Of a stretch of 64,000 bases of DNA, positions 28,353 to 35,792 are shown piece after piece. A program made the translations under genes and the position numbers. The stretch lies in sequence record MZ475891.1; one strand, written 5' to 3'. Within the stretch, counting starts at the first letter, position 1, and every line of letters begins with the position of its first letter. The notes under the pieces were generated by a model, which saw nothing but the letters and a program-made list of their open reading frames with translations, was not told the origin of the DNA and made no database searches.

Positions 28353-28963
28353 CCGAGACGCGCCAGAATCTGTCGAACTACCTCAGACACAGATGCCGTT
28401 TCAGTATCGATAACAAGATCGAAACCACCAGGCACTTGCTTGTAGCGTTCGCTGTATTGCTCGAACACTTCTTTGGTCTGACGTTGTTCTATGCGGTCTT
28501 CACCACCAACGCGATGTTTACGGCGCTCTACCGAAGTCTCATAAGAAACATTCAGCAGCACAGTAAGGCGCTTCTCAGGTGCGAGCACTTCCCACGTATG
28601 ACGATAGATGCGATCATTGATATCCGAATCACCCGCTTGATAAACGAAGGTGGACGGATAACCACGATCAGCAATAATCATCGTGTTCGGTTCGTTAGCG
28701 AGAATACGCTCGTAGGAATTCATGGTCGATGAACGCGCGGCCAAGAACAGCAGCATTTCGGTGCGACTGTCCATATCTGTTGCGAGGCCGCCTCTGTCGT
28801 TAAGCAGAATATCACGCAGATGTTCTGACAAAGGAGTACCACCAGGCTCGCGCAGTCTCAGGACCTGAGAACCACGTTGTTGCAAAATTTCGGAGATTGC
28901 TGTGCAAACGGTAGATTTGCCAGAACCTTCGGGACCTTCTACTAAAAGATAAACAGAGTTCAT
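28349..28963 (-). CDS. tmk: Thymidylate (dTMP) kinase
   Basis: VEGPEGSGKST P-loop, LREPGGTPLSEHLRDILL, LLFLAAR, ADRG motifs. Confidence 0.93.
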   Translation of the reverse strand: MNSVYLLVEGPEGSGKSTVCTAISEILQQRGSQVLRLREPGGTPLSEHLRDILLNDRGGLATDMDSRTEMLLFLAARSSTMNSYERILANEPNTMIIADRGYPSTFVYQAGDSDINDRIYRHTWEVLAPEKRLTVLLNVSYETSVERRKHRVGGEDRIEQRQTKEVFEQYSERYKQVPGGFDLVIDTETASVSEVVRQILARLG

Positions 28964-28972
28964 AGGGATTCC

Positions 28973-29464
28973 TTAGGCAAATCGCCCACCACGCCATGCG
29001 GCCTTGATGAGCAACTTAGCCACGATTTCGTTCTTCATTGTCTTTCGCTTTGCATTGCTACGGACAAATGCAGAGCCGAACTTATTCACGACAATCAAAC
29101 CAACACCGCTCACGCGTATGCGTTCGATTATTCTATCGCCGTGAGATTCAAACAGAGCCTCGTCTATGGCAAAGTACATACGCATACAAAACGGTAGATA
29201 CTTGTGCCACTTCTTATCGGTATTGAAATCAGCCCAGCAACTCTTAACCTCAGTGATAATCATATCGCATTTGGTATTAAGGCAGAACACATCTGCTCTT
29301 AGATTGCCGTGCTTAATCAAACCCAGCTCAACATGACAGGAATAACGTTTGTCAATCCAATAACGCTGAGCTGCCTCAGTGATAAACATAGTCCTATCAG
29401 GACGACTCATTGAGGCAAAGACTGCCTGTGTTTGACGTTCAGCTTTGCGGCGCTTAAAGGCCAT
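28973..29464 (-). CDS. mmcB: MmcB-family PD-(D/E)XK DNA-repair nuclease
   Basis: RADVFCL...IITEVKSCWADFNTDKKWHKYLPFCMRMYFA follows the MmcB pattern RAD...EIKSS..DF..D.KW..Y...CDR.YFA. Confidence 0.8.
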   Translation of the reverse strand: MAFKRRKAERQTQAVFASMSRPDRTMFITEAAQRYWIDKRYSCHVELGLIKHGNLRADVFCLNTKCDMIITEVKSCWADFNTDKKWHKYLPFCMRMYFAIDEALFESHGDRIIERIRVSGVGLIVVNKFGSAFVRSNAKRKTMKNEIVAKLLIKAAWRGGRFA

Positions 29465-29909
29465 ACGAGTCGATAATGTCCAGCGCCTGAGCTAAAATTG
29501 GGCGGAGTTTCTTGTCCACCTTCTTTAGAGCTTTATCAGCACTGAACCACTTACGCTCACGCATGCCTGCTTCATCGTATTCAGTCAGTTCCTGCTTGAC
29601 CTTCATGATGAACCATTCAACGTTCTGGGCGCGGCCGGTCTTGCCTTTAACATACTTCATAATGTCGATGAAGTCTTTAGGCTTACCAAGAATGCCGCCT
29701 TCTTCCATGGCTTCTTTAAGCGCGGAATCCAGTGGCGTCATACCTTTCTCAACGCCGCCTTTAGGGAATCCCCAATTGTTTCCGTGTGTGGTGCGAATCA
29801 ATAAGATCTGCACTTCACCTTTTTTCTTTTTGTATGGGACAACGCCTGACTGCTTACGCGCTTTCTTTTCAGAAGGCAGCTTAGCAGAGAGTGACACATT
29901 CAGCATCAT
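29454..29909 (-). CDS. Nudix hydrolase (diadenosine polyphosphate/DIPP-like subgroup)
   Basis: SGVVPY...LLI...WGFPKGGVEKGMTPLDSALKEAMEEGG Nudix box; ERKWF. Confidence 0.9.
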   Translation of the reverse strand: MMLNVSLSAKLPSEKKARKQSGVVPYKKKKGEVQILLIRTTHGNNWGFPKGGVEKGMTPLDSALKEAMEEGGILGKPKDFIDIMKYVKGKTGRAQNVEWFIMKVKQELTEYDEAGMRERKWFSADKALKKVDKKLRPILAQALDIIDSYGL

Positions 29910-30406
29910 AGATAATCACTTCCACGAGGCATGTTCACTTCCCAGCGCCCAGAGTTGTCTACCCACAGACCGTTATCTTGCAAACGCTTGTACGCATCAT
30001 ACAGAGAGCATGAGGCGAGCACTCGCAGTTCGGTGCCGAAGTCCGACATTGAATAGCTGTAGATAGATTCAGGCAGGTACGACAGGCGCTGGCCTTCATA
30101 CGAGTCGTGAACAATACAGCCATCAGCATCAGTAACAACAGCGTGAGATGCAACGAGGGTAGGCCCCAGAACAACGATACGATAGTCTGGGTGCTTGTTG
30201 TAGTTGCGCTGAATGAACAACGCAGCTTCTGCAAACGGACGTGCGACTTGCGCAGCGCGTGTGCAGTTTTGTTCAAACGCAGATTCAGACAAAGAGCGTG
30301 CACCAGTCAAATTCATGGCCGATGCAAAGATCATTGTTGTCAGATCGTTTGGTGCGATAGCTGTGGGGAAGAACTTCGTGCCCCACGCTTGATCTAAAGA
30401 AAGCAT
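29906..30406 (-). CDS. Hypothetical protein
   Basis: 166-aa ORF, AAGGAG RBS, 4-nt overlap with the Nudix gene. Confidence 0.7.
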   Translation of the reverse strand: MLSLDQAWGTKFFPTAIAPNDLTTMIFASAMNLTGARSLSESAFEQNCTRAAQVARPFAEAALFIQRNYNKHPDYRIVVLGPTLVASHAVVTDADGCIVHDSYEGQRLSYLPESIYSYSMSDFGTELRVLASCSLYDAYKRLQDNGLWVDNSGRWEVNMPRGSDYL

Positions 30407-30436
30407 GGACCGTCTCCTTATTCGATAGTCTAAACT

Positions 30437-30444
30437 AAATTAGC
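30437..30444 (-). promoter_or_regulatory. Candidate late-promoter motif GCTAATTT
   Basis: Exact motif 30 nt upstream of the 30406 start, in a 39-nt intergenic gap. Confidence 0.55.
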
Positions 30445-30445
30445 G

Positions 30446-30736
30446 TTAATCAGCAGGACAGATAAGGACTTGTCTGCGATTCTGCATAAAAGACTTTGGA
30501 GCAGGGCCACCTATCACGATAGCGTATTTTAACAGGAAGCCAGGCTTCTTTGTCGCTACGTTACAGCCACCGTGTGAAAGAGCTGCCAGAGCTTGACTGC
30601 GAAAAGGACCAGTCAAACACAGCGTATGAGCGAAGAAGGGTTTGCTCACCTTCTTCATTGTTCTGCTCATCAGAGCGCGGATAGCTTCGCATTGTTCCGC
30701 AGTAGGCTCAGCACCGCAATAAACATCGAAATGCAT
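30446..30736 (-). CDS. Hypothetical protein
   Basis: 96-aa ORF, TAATG-coupled to 30736..31437. Confidence 0.6.
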   Translation of the reverse strand: MHFDVYCGAEPTAEQCEAIRALMSRTMKKVSKPFFAHTLCLTGPFRSQALAALSHGGCNVATKKPGFLLKYAIVIGGPAPKSFMQNRRQVLICPAD

Positions 30737-31437
30737 TATGCGCCCTTAATAGTCATAAGGCTCTTGTACAGGCCGAACTTCTTCGAGAAGTCAGCAAGCG
30801 CATAGCCAGCCATATCTGCGGAGTCAATCTGCTTAGTGATCAGCTTGCAGTTGGACGCGCTCAGGTTGTTTGCTCTGTCTTCATACAGGACAAGGGTGTG
30901 ACCATCATAGCGCTTATCGTCTGTGAAGAACACACCAAACTCTTTCCACGAGCGAGTGCCGTACTCAAGGACGAACACCGATGCTTCATAGAAGCCAGTG
31001 CCCATCTCCTGACTGTTGTCATTGAGGAAGTGCTGGTCAACGTGGTCAGCAGCAACAACGTCAATCGTAATGAACTCACACACCTCAGGACAGTTGCGCA
31101 GCCACGCACGCATACTGCGGTCAAAATACGCAGCCAGTGCGCAGCAGATGCAGCTACGATTGTTCGGGTCTTTATCGACACGAGGGATAGCTGTCAGCAA
31201 ACGATCATACACAGCCCACGAGATGAAATCTGTGTCCAGACGTCCATCCGAGTACTCGTATTCTTCGTCGTTGATAACAAACAGATTGTGGCGCTGCATG
31301 TTGATGTTGCCTAACACATGCTTAACGCGGTTCATCTGCCCGTAAGGGAATTGGAATAGAACCTCGGTGTTGATAACACGAGGTACGCCATTTTCTAAGT
31401 AGGCAAACTCCATAGGGTGCCGTAATACAGAACGCAT
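30736..31437 (-). CDS. Hypothetical protein
   Basis: 233-aa ORF with AAGGA RBS; no motif recognised. Confidence 0.7.
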   Translation of the reverse strand: MRSVLRHPMEFAYLENGVPRVINTEVLFQFPYGQMNRVKHVLGNINMQRHNLFVINDEEYEYSDGRLDTDFISWAVYDRLLTAIPRVDKDPNNRSCICCALAAYFDRSMRAWLRNCPEVCEFITIDVVAADHVDQHFLNDNSQEMGTGFYEASVFVLEYGTRSWKEFGVFFTDDKRYDGHTLVLYEDRANNLSASNCKLITKQIDSADMAGYALADFSKKFGLYKSLMTIKGA

Positions 31438-31447
31438 TGTCTTTCCT

Positions 31448-32236
31448 TTAGTTCAGGTGGATTATCTGGCCATTAGCTGTAATGTCTTGACCTGCTTCAA
31501 TTCCGACGCGGCCTTTGACGTCCAGAGTATCATCGCCCTTTATTGTGGTCTTGCGATTACCTTCAATCACAACTGTCTGATTGCCTGTAATCTTCGTGTA
31601 CTGATTACCACCATCACCTTTCGCAACACCAGCAAACTTGATGCGCTTCTTAGGGTCAGGCTTGAGAGCTTTAGGCGTCATCGTCGGGTCATTCAAGATA
31701 TAATCAGGAATGTCGTTCTTGCTGCCTGTGACGATAAGCTGTTGGTTGCCTACGATTGTCTGATTCACGTCACCCATGATCGTCATGTTGAAATCACCAG
31801 ACGTCACAAGGAAGTGTTCGTTAGTCAGACGGTCAATAATCAACTGCGTACCTGTAGACAGACGCACACCCACACGGTGGGGGTAGTTGATCAAGAACTC
31901 AGGCAGCTTATCAGCTTCTGTCATGCGCACGTTGGTGCTGTATACGCCCTCATGCAACTGACCAGTAGGGAATCTGACAGATACCTTAGCGCCCATCATA
32001 GGAACGAACTGTGCACCAAACACAGTTCCAGTAGAGCCACCTTTGAGTCCTTCAAGATGACCGATGCCTGGACGAATCCACGGAATCATCTCGTCAGGAA
32101 TATCATCGGTAAGTCCCATGATGCGTGCGCGTATCATCTGAATCTTCTTGGGGTCGGAGCTATCAATAACAATAGCTTCGTACTCCATTTGCGGGTCAAT
32201 CCCTTTCTTTGAGTTTACAGCATTTAGAGGAATCAT
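31448..32236 (-). CDS. Baseplate central spike (gp5/GpV/VgrG-like: OB fold + beta-helix), no lysozyme insert
   Basis: YEAIVIDSSDPKK...IRARI.GL...PW, P..GAKVSVRF..G, and C-terminal I.GN.T..I.G repeats. Confidence 0.85.
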   Translation of the reverse strand: MIPLNAVNSKKGIDPQMEYEAIVIDSSDPKKIQMIRARIMGLTDDIPDEMIPWIRPGIGHLEGLKGGSTGTVFGAQFVPMMGAKVSVRFPTGQLHEGVYSTNVRMTEADKLPEFLINYPHRVGVRLSTGTQLIIDRLTNEHFLVTSGDFNMTIMGDVNQTIVGNQQLIVTGSKNDIPDYILNDPTMTPKALKPDPKKRIKFAGVAKGDGGNQYTKITGNQTVVIEGNRKTTIKGDDTLDVKGRVGIEAGQDITANGQIIHLN

Positions 32237-34131
32237 TGTTTTACTCGCGGTAGGTACATCTCAAGTTTCTCACCGTCTGGTGTGCCTGTTTTATTAGAGC
32301 CATCAACAGTGCCGTCACCAAGAGAACACAGGAAGTTACGCAGGTCTTCTTCTGCTTGTCTGATCAACTGGCTCAAGTTAGTGCTCGGCCCCATCAGCTT
32401 ACTGATAGAGGAAGCATCGAGACACTTGTCAGGCAGAGAGTTGTCCAGCATCTTCTGCATATCATCAAGTTTGTTTGAGACGCAGCGCTGATTGATCTGA
32501 GGACCATCAAGATACTCAGCGGGAATATCACCGTTAGCGATAAGACCGTTAATATCGCCGGTCATGCCACCCAACATATTCTCCATGCTATCCAGACGAC
32601 CGGCAAGTCCATCGAGTATGCCTGTCTTATAGTTGATGGACAGGTCAACGCTCATCTTCTGGAGTTTGTTGAGTGCAGCACACATACCCGTAAGCAGCTT
32701 GGCAAGGCTGAACTCTTGCATAAGACTGTTTAGGTAGTCAGCACCTTCTCCATACTTAGCGGCCAGCTCTGGGAACTTGAATGCTTCGCTGTCTACTTGG
32801 AATTGGTTGAGCATCACATCAAGTTTAAGGCTGTGTTGCTGTGCAATCCAATCGAGTGGGCTGGCACCATCAAGCGCCTGTTTGATGTTCGCGTTAATCT
32901 GCATAGGGCGCAGAATGTTAGCGACAGTATCGAGAGGAGTAAGGATGATGTTCTTACCACCACCGATATTCGATGTGCCTTCAACAGGAGTGAAGTTACG
33001 GGCCAACAGGAATGCTTCGCTGTACATGTGCCCTGAGTAAACGCGAGTACGCCCGATGATAATCCACTTGCCTGACAGCTTCTCATCGAGAATCAGTTCA
33101 CGGTTAGAAGACACCATGCCAGCAGTCACTTCGACAATATCAAACAGGTCAACCTCAGGACAGCCGCCCATGATAAGTGCGCGTGCAGTCTCGGTATACG
33201 TCATTGTCTGACGCTTGTTTGAATAGAACGCCTGCATGTATTTATCGTGCAGGTTAATGTCGTTCGAAGGTCTGGCATAGGCTTTACGTGCACCAACAAT
33301 ATCACCACGCGTGTCGCTGTTGATATTGAGAGGGTCACGGCCTTTGACAGTCACTGTGGACATTTCATTGACAGCACCTTTGCTATCAGCCCACAGCAGC
33401 TTGTCACCATAGTTCGACATACCGTTGAAGATGCCGCTAAGCGATTTCGGGCGGAACTCATGCACGTTGTACTCAGGACTACGACCTGTTGGCGTGTGGT
33501 TAAACGTCCAGTAAGCTACAGGGTCTTTGTCGAACTGAGCATTGAGGTCACGCACTATCATGCGCTTGTCTGCGCTGATAATCATCTTAGGTGCAGCTTC
33601 TTCCGATATCCAGATGTGCTGCTCAATCTCCGACGCAAACTTCTTAGGCGAACACGCAGCAGACACCCAGCTCATAATGTCTTTGGTCTGCATATCACCT
33701 GCATCAAGCGTAAGCCCACACGACTGTGCGACTGTGCGTAGCGCCTCAAGGCTGGTGGATCGCATTGCATAGGAGCGAGAGTCGAAGAGGAACTTGGGTG
33801 CGTCGATAGCACACAGCACGTTCATCATATGGAAGCCACCCTCGTCGTACTCACGCACGGCGAACACACTAAACGTCAGTGTCGTGGACCTATCAACTGA
33901 GGGACCAGTGGTTATCGTGATCTTTGTACCATCAACGATAGCGTGGGAGCTACGCAGGATATTTGTGCGATCAGCTAATACGAGAAGACAGGCAGGAACA
34001 GCGAAGGTGTTTTCATACGTGTGAACGTTGCGAACAAGGTTCGGTGCATCCGGAGGAGCTTTACCGTCAAGCAACAGACCAAAGTAGCCCTGATTCTTGA
34101 CGCCACCAGCGGAAGGATTTTCCATCGCCAT
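32233..34131 (-). CDS. Baseplate hub protein (gp27/late-control D-like) with C-terminal helical extension
   Basis: Position upstream of the spike; C-terminal OB-like end LSGKWIIIGRTRVY...YSEAFLLAR; then ~230 extra residues. Confidence 0.6.
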   Translation of the reverse strand: MAMENPSAGGVKNQGYFGLLLDGKAPPDAPNLVRNVHTYENTFAVPACLLVLADRTNILRSSHAIVDGTKITITTGPSVDRSTTLTFSVFAVREYDEGGFHMMNVLCAIDAPKFLFDSRSYAMRSTSLEALRTVAQSCGLTLDAGDMQTKDIMSWVSAACSPKKFASEIEQHIWISEEAAPKMIISADKRMIVRDLNAQFDKDPVAYWTFNHTPTGRSPEYNVHEFRPKSLSGIFNGMSNYGDKLLWADSKGAVNEMSTVTVKGRDPLNINSDTRGDIVGARKAYARPSNDINLHDKYMQAFYSNKRQTMTYTETARALIMGGCPEVDLFDIVEVTAGMVSSNRELILDEKLSGKWIIIGRTRVYSGHMYSEAFLLARNFTPVEGTSNIGGGKNIILTPLDTVANILRPMQINANIKQALDGASPLDWIAQQHSLKLDVMLNQFQVDSEAFKFPELAAKYGEGADYLNSLMQEFSLAKLLTGMCAALNKLQKMSVDLSINYKTGILDGLAGRLDSMENMLGGMTGDINGLIANGDIPAEYLDGPQINQRCVSNKLDDMQKMLDNSLPDKCLDASSISKLMGPSTNLSQLIRQAEEDLRNFLCSLGDGTVDGSNKTGTPDGEKLEMYLPRVKQ

Positions 34132-34134
34132 ATT

Positions 34135-34347
34135 TTACTCCAGAATGCGAAAAGGCCCGCTAACAAAGCGGATAGCTATGTTACTCAGGCCATGTTGTTT
34201 CAACAGTTTTGCACAGCAGTTGCAGCAAAGTCTTTTGTCAGTTGGATTGATTACGGACGAGGCGTATTCGCTTATCACGTAATTGTCGTACGGTTCATCG
34301 CAGAACTGACACAGCTCCTGCTTTTCGAGTGATACTCGGATGCGCAT
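34135..34347 (-). CDS. Small zinc-finger protein
   Basis: CQFCDE...CCNCC in 70 aa; GGAG RBS. Confidence 0.6.
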   Translation of the reverse strand: MRIRVSLEKQELCQFCDEPYDNYVISEYASSVINPTDKRLCCNCCAKLLKQHGLSNIAIRFVSGPFRILE

Positions 34348-34349
34348 GG

Positions 34350-34772
34350 TTAGCCCTCGGCGTCAAGCTCCAGCGCAATGGCTTTCAGTTTCGCAGCAAG
34401 CAACTTAATCTCAGAAGACTTGGCTTGCATGTTAAAGCCACCACGCCCTGGTTTTATTTCAGAGTCTTTCTTCGTGTTGTACCACTTGCGCACTTCTACG
34501 ACACGGTTACCGGCATCATCGTTAGCAAGATCAACAGACAGGAAGGTGTTAGGGCCGATAGCGATGCGAAACAGCTCTGGTGCGGAAGTCTCTTTGCGAG
34601 TCTTCTTTGCTTTCTCTTTCACAGGCTCAGACTTTTTAGTCTTCTTAACAGTCTTCGCTAACTCTCCCTTAGCGGGCTTCTCTGTCTCACGTTCGACAGG
34701 CTTAACCTTGCTCAGGGTCTTCTTGATCTTCTTCGCTTTCGCGCCAACGATTTTGCCGTTAACCATTGCCAT
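34350..34772 (-). CDS. PC4/Sub1-like ssDNA-binding protein with Lys-rich N-terminal tail
   Basis: FLSV...VEVRKWYNTKKDSEIKPGRGGFNM matches the PC4 motif VDIR.[WY]Y.......PG.KGI.L. Confidence 0.75.
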   Translation of the reverse strand: MAMVNGKIVGAKAKKIKKTLSKVKPVERETEKPAKGELAKTVKKTKKSEPVKEKAKKTRKETSAPELFRIAIGPNTFLSVDLANDDAGNRVVEVRKWYNTKKDSEIKPGRGGFNMQAKSSEIKLLAAKLKAIALELDAEG

Positions 34773-35062
34773 TAGATTTGCGTCCTCTTAACTTGCTTTA
34801 TTGCAGCACTAGGACGAGGCTGGGGAATAGCAACGAGTGCGCCTGCCAGCATCTCGGATGAGTGAACCCAACCGTTAGCTATCAGAATATTCCGCCAGTA
34901 TGCGTTAGTGCTGAGTTCTTTGTACGACAGCAACTGAGGATTCCCCTCCATAGATGCGTCGATACGTTTGGTCGTGAACAACGATCTGTCCACATCGTCG
35001 AATACAGAAACAGACAGCGGGTCAATTCCCCACTTGTCTATGTTAGCGATAGTTTCAGCCAT
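34772..35062 (-). CDS. LysM-like/gp53-like small baseplate protein
   Basis: PQLLSYKELSTNAYWRNILIANG...GALVAIP resembles LysM/tail-X (D.LA...YG....W..I..AN...G..L.IP). Confidence 0.65.
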   Translation of the reverse strand: MAETIANIDKWGIDPLSVSVFDDVDRSLFTTKRIDASMEGNPQLLSYKELSTNAYWRNILIANGWVHSSEMLAGALVAIPQPRPSAAIKQVKRTQI

Positions 35063-35781
35063 TTTTTCAGATCCTCACGAGTCACGGCAAAGTAACTGCT
35101 TACCTGCAGGACGAAGTCAACGGAGATTGGATTCCCTGTACCATCTTCCCACACGTTGTCGAAGTTAGCACTGACGCTATCAACAACGCAGGGTGTCATA
35201 GAGAAGAAATTACCAATATCAACTGAGAACGCTTCGTCATCAGAAAACTCTATGTTCTGTCCAGCTTGAGCAGCGGCCGCATTAGCGATTGCTTTAGCTG
35301 GGCTTGGGCCTGGCGCAACAAGTATCCCGCCTACCTCAGACGGAGCACACAGGCTCAACAGATTATAGGTTGTCTCGACGACTTCGCTGCGCGTATCATC
35401 GTAAGCATCAACGAAGATAGGGAGGTCAAGCGTAAAGTAACTTGGTCCTCCCCACATCTTGAAGCTGGCCAACTTGTGAATGGAACTGGCACCGCCGAGC
35501 TTTAACGCTGAGTCAGCAGTGCCTGCGAGTCTACCCAACATACCGCCAGACCTATCAGAAATTCCCTGACCGATTGAAGTGTCCCCGAAAGGAGCACTCC
35601 AACCGCTTGACAGAGAGAACGTAAAGTCAGGTGGCACGAATCCGGTAAACTTGATGGTGCCGCTTTTGTTGTAGATCTGAACACGGTACATGTTATCGAC
35701 GCTTATCACGTCACCACGTTGTCGTGCAGTACCCACAGCAGTGGCAGTGTTACCATCAGCAGGAATCAGATAGTTAGCCAC
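35038..35781 (-). CDS. Tail tube initiator/baseplate hub-associated protein
   Basis: 247 aa between tape-measure-like and LysM genes; IGNFFSM..CVVDSVSANF...GNPISVDFVLQ resembles tube-initiator folds. Confidence 0.55.
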   Translation of the reverse strand: MANYLIPADGNTATAVGTARQRGDVISVDNMYRVQIYNKSGTIKFTGFVPPDFTFSLSSGWSAPFGDTSIGQGISDRSGGMLGRLAGTADSALKLGGASSIHKLASFKMWGGPSYFTLDLPIFVDAYDDTRSEVVETTYNLLSLCAPSEVGGILVAPGPSPAKAIANAAAAQAGQNIEFSDDEAFSVDIGNFFSMTPCVVDSVSANFDNVWEDGTGNPISVDFVLQVSSYFAVTREDLKKWLKLSLT

Positions 35782-35792
35782 AGATAATCCTC

